A stretch of 44,222 nt of DNA from an uncultured Acetatifactor sp. (GCA_947631715.1 CANRMK010000001.1:1-44222), one strand, 5' to 3'; shown: positions 18,519-28,579, numbered from the stretch's first letter. Numbers and translations: made by a program. The notes: generated from the sequence alone by a model not told the origin.

Positions 18519-19972
18519 CAGGACGCATTAAAATGGGCGGCTGGGTCAAAAAATACAGAAGTATTCCTGTGACAGTACGTATCTCCCTGCTCTTTACGAT
18601 ATGCGGTTTTCTGCAGAAAGCGGTCTCTGTTATCGTGGTCCCGATTTATACAAGGCTAATGCCATCGGAAGCATATGGGCAGTATTCAGTGTTTTTTTCC
18701 TGGTATCAGCTCCTGATGATCTTTACAACACTGAATATGTGGAACTATCTGATCAATAACGGCATGACGGACTTTAGCGGGCACAAATGGGAATTTATTT
18801 CGGCACTGCAGGGATTGGCTGGAGTGATCACTATTGCATGGTTCTTGATCTATATTCCGTTTTCCGGAAGATGGGAACAGGCCACAGGATTGACTGTGCC
18901 TATGATGGCAGTAATGTTTCTGGAATTTTTGACCATGCCTTCTTATGAATATTGGTGTGCCGTCAAGAGATTTCATTATGATGTGAAAGGGGTGGTGCTT
19001 ACAACTGTTCTAATAACGGTGCTTACGCCGGCAGTGACCATACCGGCCATTCTGCTAAGCGATAATAAGAGCCTGGCAGCAATCATCGGAAAATGCGCAG
19101 TCCCTATCATGGTCTACATTTTTGTGGCATGTAACCTGCTGCGCAAGGGGCATAGCCTATATAACAAGCAATATTGGAAATATGCCTTAAATTTTAATCT
19201 GCCGCTTATTCCGCATTTCCTTTCAATGATACTGCTGCAGTCCTTTGATAAGATCATGATCGAAAGAATGTGCGGTGCATCTGATGCAGCTATCTATTCG
19301 GTAGCGTATCATGCGGCGGGAGTGCTCTCTATTTTTAATTCCGCATTACTGAACGTGTTTGTACCGTATACTTATCGTGCACTGAAAGAGGGAAGAGAAA
19401 AAGAAATCGGAAAGAAAGCGGTTCCGCTGGTGATTTTTATCGGCCTTGTCAATTTTGCTGTGGTGATGTTTGCGCCGGAAGTGATAGGGATCCTGGCACC
19501 GGAAGAATATCAAGCAGCAATTTATGTGATTCCGCCCGTGGCGATGAGTAATTTGTTGATGTTTCTTTTTAATCTGTTTGCCAATATTGAATATTACTTT
19601 AAAAAGACAAAGCTGGTGGCCGCAGCGTCCGTTTCCAGTGCGGCAGCAAATGTGGTCCTAAATTATATATTTATACAATTATATGGATTTACCGCGGCAG
19701 GTTACACCACAGTTTTCTGTTATGCTCTATTCAGCCTCTGCCATTATATCTTTATGAGGAAAGTGACCAGAAAATATCTGGATGGTAGAAAGGTGTATGA
19801 CACTAAAAAGATTGTGCTTATCGTAGGAGGTTTCCTGACAGTGTCCATTCTGTCGGTAAAGCTATATCAGGAGCGGTTTATATTTATAAGATATGGAATT
19901 TTAGTAATTATGGCTATAGTAGGCATGATAAAGCGCAAAGAGATCATTAGTATGGTATATGGCAAGCAGTAG
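18515..19972 (+). CDS. wzx: Wzx-type polysaccharide flippase 2
   Basis: PIYTRLM-x3-YG, LPLIPHFLS, DKIMI, IYSVAY; many TM helices. Confidence 0.85.
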   Translation: MTGRIKMGGWVKKYRSIPVTVRISLLFTICGFLQKAVSVIVVPIYTRLMPSEAYGQYSVFFSWYQLLMIFTTLNMWNYLINNGMTDFSGHKWEFISALQGLAGVITIAWFLIYIPFSGRWEQATGLTVPMMAVMFLEFLTMPSYEYWCAVKRFHYDVKGVVLTTVLITVLTPAVTIPAILLSDNKSLAAIIGKCAVPIMVYIFVACNLLRKGHSLYNKQYWKYALNFNLPLIPHFLSMILLQSFDKIMIERMCGASDAAIYSVAYHAAGVLSIFNSALLNVFVPYTYRALKEGREKEIGKKAVPLVIFIGLVNFAVVMFAPEVIGILAPEEYQAAIYVIPPVAMSNLLMFLFNLFANIEYYFKKTKLVAAASVSSAAANVVLNYIFIQLYGFTAAGYTTVFCYALFSLCHYIFMRKVTRKYLDGRKVYDTKKIVLIVGGFLTVSILSVKLYQERFIFIRYGILVIMAIVGMIKRKEIISMVYGKQ

Positions 19973-20038
19973 GGGCGTTTAAGATAAAAATTTATGATCT
20001 TAGTATTGCTTATTAAGTGAAAGGTGAAAGAGAGGCAT

Positions 20039-20875
20039 ATGATGGAAAGGATAGTTGGAGTCATACCGGCAAGGTATCAGTCATCCAGATTTCCCGGCAA
20101 GCCGCTGGCGGATATCTGTGGGAAACCTATGATATGGTGGGTGTACCAACAATGTATGAAAGTAAAAGAGCTGGACGCGCTCTATGTGGCCACGGATGAT
20201 GGACGGATAGAGAATGTATGCAGGACACTGGGCATGAATGTTATGATGACCGACAGCTCACATAAGACGGGGACTGACAGGGTCGGCGAAGTAGCTAGAA
20301 AAATAGAAGGCGACCTTTTTGTCAATATACAGGGAGATGAACCTTTGATCGATCCAAGGGAGATTGAAGAAGTAATACACATATTTGATGATAGAAGTGT
20401 TTATTATGCATCATTGAGAGTTGAGATAACAGATCCGGAAGAGATCGAAGCCGCCAGTACGGTCAAGGTCGTAGTGGATAGCAACAGTAATGCATTGTAT
20501 CTTTCCAGAAGTCCTATACCGTCAAATGTCAAAGAAGATGCCCCTGCTTCTGTTTATCGACATGTAGGAATTTATGCATACAGAAGAGATTTTCTTTTGA
20601 AATTTACAGAGATGCCACAGACGGAATTGGAACTTGGGGAAGGGATCGAGCCTTTACGGGCGTTGGAAAAAGGTTATAAATTCCGTGTGAAAGAAACAAA
20701 GTATACCAGTATCGGTGTAGACTATCCGGAGCATATACGGATGGTAGAAAAGGAGATCAGCAGAAAGATGGGCAGCGTTCTGGAGCGTCCTGGGGGGGTG
20801 GTCTGCCGGACCCTGATCAGGAAAAAGGCGGCATCTAACGAATCCATTTCAATGATCGGAGGTGTGGCGGCATGA
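20039..20875 (+). CDS. kdsB: 3-deoxy-manno-octulosonate cytidylyltransferase
   Basis: IPARYQSSRFPGKPL, VATDD, TGTDR, VNIQGDEP, RHVGIYAY, GVDYPE. Confidence 0.85.
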   Translation: MMERIVGVIPARYQSSRFPGKPLADICGKPMIWWVYQQCMKVKELDALYVATDDGRIENVCRTLGMNVMMTDSSHKTGTDRVGEVARKIEGDLFVNIQGDEPLIDPREIEEVIHIFDDRSVYYASLRVEITDPEEIEAASTVKVVVDSNSNALYLSRSPIPSNVKEDAPASVYRHVGIYAYRRDFLLKFTEMPQTELELGEGIEPLRALEKGYKFRVKETKYTSIGVDYPEHIRMVEKEISRKMGSVLERPGGVVCRTLIRKKAASNESISMIGGVAA

Positions 20876-21636
20876 TGAAAGTAGCGGCACTGCTTCCGAT
20901 AAAACTGAATAATCAGCGTGTGCCCGGGAAAAATACAAAGACGTTTTCGGATGGGACACCTCTTATGACCTTGATTCAAAGGACATGTCTACAGTCCAGA
21001 CAGATCAATAAGCTTTATGTGTATTGCAGCAATGAGGAAGTGCAGAAGTTTCTGCTTCCGGGGGTGGAATATTTACCGAGACCTCAATATTTAGACGGAG
21101 ATGGTGCAAACAGCAATGATATCATCAGGGAATTTATCAGAGCGGTGGAGGCGGATATCTATGTAGAAACGCATGCCACAGGTCCGTTTACAAGAGCAGA
21201 GAGCATAGATGCGTGTATTCAGGCAGTGGCTTCAGGTAAGTATGATTCGGCTTTTTTGGCCAAAAGAATGCAGGAATTTTTGTGGAAGAATGGAAAAGCA
21301 ATGAATTTTGACATTCAGCATTTTCCTAGGACACAGGATCTTGAACCGATTTATCTGGAAACTCCGGGCGCATACGTGTTTACAAAGGAAACTTTTGAGA
21401 CATATGGCAGGCGCGTTGGAATAAAGCCGTATATTCATGAAGTATCGGAAATAGAAAGCACAGATATTGATTATCCGGAAGATTTTGAGATCGCGGATGC
21501 AATTTATATGAATATCATCAAGAAAGTCGGCTGTTATCAAGGGGGGGTAATACCTATCATCGTGAAAACGGGGCAATATGATTGCTTTCATTCTGTCAGG
21601 ATCCACTTCCAAAGGATGGGAGGTGTGGCGGCATGA
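20872..21636 (+). CDS. Acylneuraminate/ulosonate cytidylyltransferase family protein (paralog 1)
   Basis: LPIKLNNQRVPGKN, HATGPF, YDSAF, PRTQDLEP, DIDYPEDF. Confidence 0.82.
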   Translation: MMKVAALLPIKLNNQRVPGKNTKTFSDGTPLMTLIQRTCLQSRQINKLYVYCSNEEVQKFLLPGVEYLPRPQYLDGDGANSNDIIREFIRAVEADIYVETHATGPFTRAESIDACIQAVASGKYDSAFLAKRMQEFLWKNGKAMNFDIQHFPRTQDLEPIYLETPGAYVFTKETFETYGRRVGIKPYIHEVSEIESTDIDYPEDFEIADAIYMNIIKKVGCYQGGVIPIIVKTGQYDCFHSVRIHFQRMGGVAA

Positions 21637-22307
21637 TGAAACTTGCGGCAATGGTTCCGATCAAGATGAACAACCAGAGAACCCCGGGAAAGAACACAAA
21701 AAAATTTGACGATGGCAGAGCTTTACTTACAGTTCATCTGCAAACGCTGGCCGAGGTACAGGGAATAAATAAAATATATGTTTTTTGCAGTGATCCTGCC
21801 ATACAGAAATATTTAATACCGGGAGCAGAATATTTAGAGCGTCCCCGATATTTAGACACACAGGAGGCCACACCACAGAATATTATTTCAGAGTTTATGA
21901 AGCTGGTGAAAGCAGAAATATATCTAGTGTCACACTGCACATCGCCATTTGTGACAGTAGAACATTTTGAAGAATGCATCAAAGCCGTTACATGTGGGGC
22001 GTTTGATTCAGCATTCACCGGTGAGAAAATACAAAGGCTTCTCTGGAGCAGCCGGAAAGAACCATTCAATTTTAAAGCAGACGCCATACCGAGGACGCAG
22101 GATCTGGAACCTATTTACAGCGAGGTATCGGCAGCCTATGTGTTCAAAAGGGAAGTTTTTGAACAGACCCATAGAAGGGTCGGTGAATGCCCGCATATTG
22201 TAGAAGTAAAGGGAGTGGAATGCGTAGATATTGATTATCCAGAAGATTTTGAGATCGCTAATGCAATTTACATGAATATCATCAAAAAGAAAGGGAAAAC
22301 AGGATGA
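21633..22307 (+). CDS. Acylneuraminate/ulosonate cytidylyltransferase family protein (paralog 2)
   Basis: VPIKMNNQRTPGKN, HCTSPF, FDSAF, PRTQDLEP, DIDYPEDF; ATG overlaps the upstream stop (ATGA). Confidence 0.82.
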   Translation: MMKLAAMVPIKMNNQRTPGKNTKKFDDGRALLTVHLQTLAEVQGINKIYVFCSDPAIQKYLIPGAEYLERPRYLDTQEATPQNIISEFMKLVKAEIYLVSHCTSPFVTVEHFEECIKAVTCGAFDSAFTGEKIQRLLWSSRKEPFNFKADAIPRTQDLEPIYSEVSAAYVFKREVFEQTHRRVGECPHIVEVKGVECVDIDYPEDFEIANAIYMNIIKKKGKTG

Positions 22308-23929
22308 ACCACGCGAAAGTTTTAGATTGTACCTTGCGTGACGGAGCATATTTGGTAGAAAAAAAGTTTGGGGACGATGTAATCCGAAGCATAATAAATG
22401 GTCTGATGCAGGCAAAGATCGACATTATTGAGATCGGTTTTTTTCAAAATGAGGGTTCTGGTGATGGTAGAACAGTGTATAAAAATTCTGCGGATGCAAA
22501 AAGACTGATACCATCGGACAAGCAGGGCTGCGAATTTACCGTGTTGGCCGACTACAGCAGATTCTCTATGGAAAATTTAGATGAAAGGGATGCACAGTCC
22601 ATAGACGGCATCAGGGAATGTTTTTTTAAAGGGGAACGTGTCGGAGCGGTGGAAGCATGCAGGACGATCAAGGAGAAGGGATATAGGTGCTATGTACAGC
22701 CGGTGGACATATTGGGGTACAGTGACGCAGAATTGCTGGAACTGATCGAAATGGTGAATACAGTGGAACCGGATTGTTTTTCGATTGTGGATACGTTTGG
22801 CTCCATGTATCAGGATGACTTGCACAGAGTCTTTGAATTGATCGATCATAATTTGATCAAAAGCTGTAAAGTAGGTTTTCATTCTCATAATAATATGCAA
22901 ATGTCCAGTGCGCTCTCTCAGGAATTTATCCGAATGGCGGCAGGACGGCGCGATGTGATCGTAGATGCAACGATCTCTGGAATGGGCCGTGGAGCCGGGA
23001 ATACGCCCACTGAACTGATAATTCAGTATTTGTCGCATAAACAGGGATACAATTACGATCTTGATGCGTTGTTGGATATCATAGATACACAGATGGACAA
23101 TCTGCGCGCAAGATGCAGCTGGGGATACAGCACGCCGTACTTTGTGGCGGGATGTTACGGAGCGCATGTCAACAACATTTCATATCTGTCACGTAAGAAC
23201 AGTATCCGATCAAAAGATATCAGATATATTCTGAACAAGATAGGTGAGCAGGAGAGAAAAAGATATGACTATGAATTGTTAGAGAAGACATATATGGACT
23301 ATATGTCGGGAGATATTGATGACCGGAAGAGTATTGAGCGGCTGGAAGAAGAATTCAAAGATAAAAATGTTCTGTTGCTGTTGCCGGGACATTCCGTAGT
23401 TGACGAGATCAAGACGATACGGGAATACATAAACCAGACCGATCCGATTGTTATTTCTGTCAATTTTATACATGATAAGATTAATGTTGATTATGTATAT
23501 TTGAATAACATTAAACGATATTACGATTTAGTGAAAGCTGAAAAATACAAAGCCATTAAGAAAATCATTGCATCAAATATTAAACAACAGGGAGGTGAAA
23601 GAGAATATATTGTATCATTTATCCGGCTGGTGAAGTGCGGTTGGGAACATCTGGATAATTCAGCGCTTATGCTTTTGAGGCTGTTGGATAGGCTGCCGGT
23701 CAGGAGCATCGGGATAGCCGGGTTTGACGGATATGAGAATAAGAGTGACAGCAGGCTGAACTATGCAAACGAAAAACTGGAACTGGAGAGCGTATATGAT
23801 AATCCCCGCGAACTGAATGAGGAACTGGCAGATATGCTGTCGGATTATGCGCATACCAGAAATGGGAAAGCTGATATAACGTTTGTGACAAAATCGAGAT
23901 TTGAAGATGCACTTATTCCAACTATTTAA
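22304..23929 (+). CDS. DRE-TIM (HMGL-like) aldolase with additional C-terminal domain
   Basis: LDCTLRDG, IVDTFGSM, GFHSHNN, GMGRGAGN; C-terminal LLLLPG...IAGFDGY domain. Confidence 0.8.
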   Translation: MNHAKVLDCTLRDGAYLVEKKFGDDVIRSIINGLMQAKIDIIEIGFFQNEGSGDGRTVYKNSADAKRLIPSDKQGCEFTVLADYSRFSMENLDERDAQSIDGIRECFFKGERVGAVEACRTIKEKGYRCYVQPVDILGYSDAELLELIEMVNTVEPDCFSIVDTFGSMYQDDLHRVFELIDHNLIKSCKVGFHSHNNMQMSSALSQEFIRMAAGRRDVIVDATISGMGRGAGNTPTELIIQYLSHKQGYNYDLDALLDIIDTQMDNLRARCSWGYSTPYFVAGCYGAHVNNISYLSRKNSIRSKDIRYILNKIGEQERKRYDYELLEKTYMDYMSGDIDDRKSIERLEEEFKDKNVLLLLPGHSVVDEIKTIREYINQTDPIVISVNFIHDKINVDYVYLNNIKRYYDLVKAEKYKAIKKIIASNIKQQGGEREYIVSFIRLVKCGWEHLDNSALMLLRLLDRLPVRSIGIAGFDGYENKSDSRLNYANEKLELESVYDNPRELNEELADMLSDYAHTRNGKADITFVTKSRFEDALIPTI

Positions 23930-24055
23930 ATTCGCAGGTGAAAAAATCAGAATGATAGTGAACAAGATATGGGTAGAAAGAACAGGACGGAAAAGATGCT
24001 TTGTGATACGTTATGGAGCGGTATGCGTGTCAAGGCACGCGGAAAGGAGATTAAA

Positions 24056-24979
24056 ATGAGTAAATTTGAAGGATTTCAATGTGTTGTATGTGGCAGTAAG
24101 GAGGAGCCTGTAGATACAGGATTCCGACCGAGAGATAATAAAAATGCGTTTAATGTAAAGTGTGCGGAGTGCGGGCATAACCAGATTTTTCCTTATATGA
24201 CAATGGAAGAATACAGTGAGGCATATAATGAGGGAACCACATTTAAATCGGAGGAGATTAAGATCGCGGAAGGCGCTGACGTTGAAACTGCTCGTGTCAA
24301 ATGGAAAGAATGGAACGCCAAACATATAGAAATGTATTATGATCGGATGCAGCAGCATAGGCACGTGCTGGATCTGGGAAGTGGCTTTGGATTTTTTGAA
24401 GAAAGCCTGAACCGAATGGAGGGCAACCATTTTACCATCGAAGGTGTGGAGATTGGACAATACCGACTGGATGCGTATGTCGGGGGGGTAGTTCATAATG
24501 TCAACTTCAGTGAAGAAAAAGCCCCGGAAAATATGGAGGGCAGATATGACCTGATCATAAGCATGCACCTGTTGGAGCATTTATATGATCCGGTGAGTTT
24601 TTTATGCAACATTAAGCCATTGTTTGCGCCGGGGGGCGAATGCATATTTGAAGTCCCCAATCATGATTGTTTTTTAAAGGAACTTTCAAAGGAGTATGCT
24701 GATTTCTCCTATTTGAAAGAGCATATTTCCAATTATGACAAAAACTCTCTCCGTCTGGTATTTGAAAGAGCCGGTTATCGGGTAAAAAAGGTCTATACAA
24801 GGGAAATTTATTCTCTTGAAAATCATTTGAACTGGATACGGAACGGAAAGCCTTTCATCAAATACAACCAGATGTATATGCCGGACGAAAGATTGGAATT
24901 CCTGAATGACCTGTACCATGAGTATGTCGAGAAAATGGATAAGGGATATTCTCTTATTATAGAGGCTTCCTTAGAGTAA
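24056..24979 (+). CDS. Class I SAM-dependent methyltransferase with N-terminal Zn-ribbon
   Basis: CVVC/CAEC pairs, VLDLGSGFG, HLLEHL, EVPN; SD AAGGAG before ATG 24056. Confidence 0.85.
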   Translation: MSKFEGFQCVVCGSKEEPVDTGFRPRDNKNAFNVKCAECGHNQIFPYMTMEEYSEAYNEGTTFKSEEIKIAEGADVETARVKWKEWNAKHIEMYYDRMQQHRHVLDLGSGFGFFEESLNRMEGNHFTIEGVEIGQYRLDAYVGGVVHNVNFSEEKAPENMEGRYDLIISMHLLEHLYDPVSFLCNIKPLFAPGGECIFEVPNHDCFLKELSKEYADFSYLKEHISNYDKNSLRLVFERAGYRVKKVYTREIYSLENHLNWIRNGKPFIKYNQMYMPDERLEFLNDLYHEYVEKMDKGYSLIIEASLE

Positions 24980-25056
24980 AAGGGTGGATTGAACAGTTAT
25001 TTTTAAAAAAATTGTGCTGCTGGAGGCGGCATGTAGGTGCGATAGGAGGTGGTGAA

Positions 25057-25569
25057 ATGGTAAGGCTTCTGGTGATGGATGTGGACGGGACTTTGACGGA
25101 CGGGAAAATCTATATGTCAAACGAAGGAGAACTATTTAAAACTTTCAGTATTAAAGATGGATATGGGATCAAGGATATGCTCCCGGTGCATGATATTATT
25201 CCTGTTGTCATTACAGCCAGACGCAGTGTGATATTGGAAAACCGATGCCGTGAATTGGGGATTACTGAGTTGTATCAAGGCGAACGTCAAAAGCTGGACT
25301 GTTTGAAAAAAGTCATTTTAAAATACTGCAAAGCTGGAGATGATCATACGTTTGCGGACACGGCATATATTGGAGACGATATTTTGGATCTTCAATGCAT
25401 AAAGTCAATCAGAGAAGCTGGCGGCTTGACAGGTTGTCCTGCAGATGCTGTTCAGGAAGTGAAAGACTGCTGTGATTATATTGCGCCTCACAGGGGAGGC
25501 GATGGTGCGGTGCGTGATTTTATAGAGTATATTGTAGGAGAGCGGGAGAGGCATGGTCAAGAAAGATAG
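25057..25569 (+). CDS. kdsC: KdsC/YrbI-like HAD phosphatase
   Basis: MDVDGTLTDG, FSIKDGYG, YIGDDILD, CPADA, GGDGAVRDF. Confidence 0.8.
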   Translation: MVRLLVMDVDGTLTDGKIYMSNEGELFKTFSIKDGYGIKDMLPVHDIIPVVITARRSVILENRCRELGITELYQGERQKLDCLKKVILKYCKAGDDHTFADTAYIGDDILDLQCIKSIREAGGLTGCPADAVQEVKDCCDYIAPHRGGDGAVRDFIEYIVGERERHGQER

Positions 25570-26839
25570 AATGAAAAAACTAGTTGAAGTAGTTATAAAA
25601 AGCCTCCTTAGCATCTGTATATCTGTGCTATGCGGTGTATTCCTGATGATGTTGACCTATTGTATCCCTGTAAAAAGAATAAATGAAAACGTTGGAAAAA
25701 GTATACACGTGTTTTCCAGCGAAGGTAAATATCCGGTCAAGATCGAATGGCTGATGTTTACCCAGTTGGACAACGCAACGGATGCTACTATGCTTTCAAT
25801 AGCGAGATATGCAGGGAATCCGAGGGATGCTCTGTTAGTACCAAGAAACACATACGGAGACCTGAATTCGTACGATTCATTGACAGCTTCAGATGAAGTA
25901 AAGGCTGATCTGCTGGAACAGCGGCATGATTATGGAAGGTATTGGCATGGATACTTGCTGCCTTTAAGATTTCTCTTATGCTTTTTTGATTATTCGCAGA
26001 TACGGATGATAAATCTTTCGCTGCATTTATTAGGATTGTGCTGTATTGCAGGACAATTTGCGGGGGGGCAGCAGTCGGATTTTAAACTGCAGGGAACAGC
26101 ATTTTTCTTGTTTTATCTCATGGCATCACCGATCAGTTTAGCGATGAGCATTCAGTTCCAAGCGGCTACATGGATATCAATGCTGGGGCTCATAATAGCA
26201 ATGAGATGTAGAAATGATTTATGGACTTCAAATAAATATATGTACTTCTTTTTAATGATCGGTATCTGTACGGCTTATTTTGACTTGCTGACATTTCCGC
26301 TGGTAGGTCTATGTGTACCTTTACTGTATGCGGTGACAACAAATAGAAAGATACGTATAAAACAGATCATATCTTCGATAGTCATGTGGATCGCCGGGTA
26401 TCTGGGAATGTGGGGTGGAAAATGGGTCGTCGCGACATTGTTTACAGGAAAAAATATCATATCGGATGCTGTTCAACAGGCTGCATTCAGATTGTCTGAT
26501 CAGGATGCAGCAGGCAATGTTATTAGGTTGAAGGAGATGTTCCAGCATTTAAAACAGTATTGCTTCACAAGATTTGATGTTTTGTGTTGTCTGATATTTC
26601 TGTTATTGTTCTGCATAAGCATTGGGAGAGATGTTTATCAGGGAAAGATGAAGCGGAATGGAAAAATCATTCCCGTTTTTGGGAAATATTTGATTGTTAC
26701 AGCCTTGCCTGTTTTGTGGTTTATTGTGTTGAAGAATCATTCTTATATTCATATGTTTTTTACATACAGAACGCTGTTGATCATTTTTTTAGCAGGTATG
26801 TTATGTCTGGCTGACATTCGGAAAGTGATGTCAAACTAA
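25553..26839 (+). CDS. Polytopic membrane protein, possible GT-C-type transferase
   Basis: Many TM segments, extracellular loop with LDNATD and YGRYWHGY, YFDLLTFP, NHSYIH. Confidence 0.55.
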   Translation: MVKKDRMKKLVEVVIKSLLSICISVLCGVFLMMLTYCIPVKRINENVGKSIHVFSSEGKYPVKIEWLMFTQLDNATDATMLSIARYAGNPRDALLVPRNTYGDLNSYDSLTASDEVKADLLEQRHDYGRYWHGYLLPLRFLLCFFDYSQIRMINLSLHLLGLCCIAGQFAGGQQSDFKLQGTAFFLFYLMASPISLAMSIQFQAATWISMLGLIIAMRCRNDLWTSNKYMYFFLMIGICTAYFDLLTFPLVGLCVPLLYAVTTNRKIRIKQIISSIVMWIAGYLGMWGGKWVVATLFTGKNIISDAVQQAAFRLSDQDAAGNVIRLKEMFQHLKQYCFTRFDVLCCLIFLLLFCISIGRDVYQGKMKRNGKIIPVFGKYLIVTALPVLWFIVLKNHSYIHMFFTYRTLLIIFLAGMLCLADIRKVMSN

Positions 26840-26857
26840 AAATGCAGGAGGTTTTAC

Positions 26858-28516
26858 ATGAAGACAGAAATTGTCACAACAAAAGGTAACAAGGCGAAAA
26901 AAATCGGGATAAAGCGAGCAGATCATCTTATTCGTGAGAAATTAAGAAAATGCTGCTTAATTGGGGAAAGCATAAGAGAAAAGGCTAAAGGATATTTTCC
27001 TGTCTTTGCAACAAGCCTGATATTTTCAATTGTTTTATATTCCTGTCTGATGGCAAAAGGTTTGGTGAACCAATATGATGGCATATGGAACTACTCGTAC
27101 AAATTTGCCGGAACGTTTGAATTATCATTGGGGAGATGGCTTCTTGCATTTGCGGACAAAGTATGGAAAGGCTTGCACATTGATCCGGTAACTTCCGTTA
27201 TAACATTGATATTCTGTGTATTAGGTATGATATTGCTCTTGGATATTTTTCAGGTGAGAGGATATATTTCCTATCTGATCTGTGGTTTGTTCTTGAGCAA
27301 TGTAGTAGTATGCAACACGCTTTCTTATCGATATACTTCTGCAAGTTACGGTATGGCATTTTTTTTCAGCATGCTTGCTGTTTTTATGATGGTTAAAAGT
27401 AAAGCGGGATTTGCAGATATCCTAATGGGAGCTGTATCTATTGCTGTTTCCATGGGGCTCTACCAGGCATATTTAGGCTGTACCTGTGTTGTATGTCTGG
27501 GGTATTTTATGTTTCTTCTAAAAGAACAGAAAATACGGTTTAGTACAATAGGCCATAAACTTTTCAAGTGTATTTTAACGTTTGTTTCGGGGGGGGTATT
27601 GTACTTCCTGGGCCTCAGGTTTTTTCTGATAAAAAATGGAGTAGTTATGTCGTCCTATAGAGGAGGAGATTCAGCTTCATTATTGAATACTATTGTGAAG
27701 CTTCCTGTGTCTGCTTTAAAGGCTTATCAGGAATTTGCCTCATATTACTCAGATCGTTCGATCAGGACGAACTATTTAAGTGTTGAAAAAACATATTGGG
27801 TCGTTCTGGGAGCGTTTCTTTTGATACTGATTCTGACCGCGGTCAAAATATGGAAAAAGGATAGCATCAGGGCTTTGATTTTTGCGGGCTGCATATTTTT
27901 GATCCCATTAGGGTGCAGCGCGGTGTTATTCATCGCTACTGAAACAGGAATGTCGATCCAGATGACGGCGCCGCTGGCATTATGCTTGCCATTGCTTTTG
28001 TGTATTGTATGCGGTGATATGGAACTGTCAGTAGCAGATAAAGGTTTAAGGTATTTTACATATCTAATGCTGTGCGCTGTACTGTACGGCTGTGCGGTTC
28101 AGACATTATATGACCAGAATGGAATGGCCGAGGGGCAGACCTCTGCGGCAGGCCTTGCAGAGCAAGTTTTGAATCGGCTAGATCAGGAAGGAAGTTTGAG
28201 CGCTGATAAGACATATTGTTTTGTGGGGAGACCCGCAGATAATGAGCTGTTCTACTCATCACCGGCATTTGAGATGGCAAATGGATATGCTGCGTTTGGA
28301 AGATGGGGCCTTGATGCAAATGGTATGTGTCAGGGCTGGCGGGGAGTGATCAAACATTTATGCGGTTGCCAGATCAAAATTTGCGATAGTACACAGTACA
28401 GTAATATTATAGAACAAAATCGGAAGGACATAACAAGGATGTCTGTGTTTCCGGCAACGGATTCTATTATGGAAAAAGATGGTGTAGTCATTGTTAAAAT
28501 TTCAGATGCTTATTAG
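26858..28516 (+). CDS. GtrII-like membrane glycosyltransferase (GT-C)
   Basis: NQYDG, SLGRW, MGLYQAY motifs, about 10 TM segments, soluble C-terminal domain ending FP-x3-SI-x4-GVVIVK. Confidence 0.7.
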   Translation: MKTEIVTTKGNKAKKIGIKRADHLIREKLRKCCLIGESIREKAKGYFPVFATSLIFSIVLYSCLMAKGLVNQYDGIWNYSYKFAGTFELSLGRWLLAFADKVWKGLHIDPVTSVITLIFCVLGMILLLDIFQVRGYISYLICGLFLSNVVVCNTLSYRYTSASYGMAFFFSMLAVFMMVKSKAGFADILMGAVSIAVSMGLYQAYLGCTCVVCLGYFMFLLKEQKIRFSTIGHKLFKCILTFVSGGVLYFLGLRFFLIKNGVVMSSYRGGDSASLLNTIVKLPVSALKAYQEFASYYSDRSIRTNYLSVEKTYWVVLGAFLLILILTAVKIWKKDSIRALIFAGCIFLIPLGCSAVLFIATETGMSIQMTAPLALCLPLLLCIVCGDMELSVADKGLRYFTYLMLCAVLYGCAVQTLYDQNGMAEGQTSAAGLAEQVLNRLDQEGSLSADKTYCFVGRPADNELFYSSPAFEMANGYAAFGRWGLDANGMCQGWRGVIKHLCGCQIKICDSTQYSNIIEQNRKDITRMSVFPATDSIMEKDGVVIVKISDAY

Positions 28517-28579
28517 ATCCATATTGTGATATGTGTTCCGCTGCGGTATGTGAAGAGATATTTATGATTTCCTGTATGG

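Noticed and set aside
22304-23929. Aromatic-degradation 4-hydroxy-2-oxovalerate aldolase or isopropylmalate synthase
   Set aside because: No partner acetaldehyde dehydrogenase or leu genes; coupled to cytidylyltransferases and carries a different C-terminal domain
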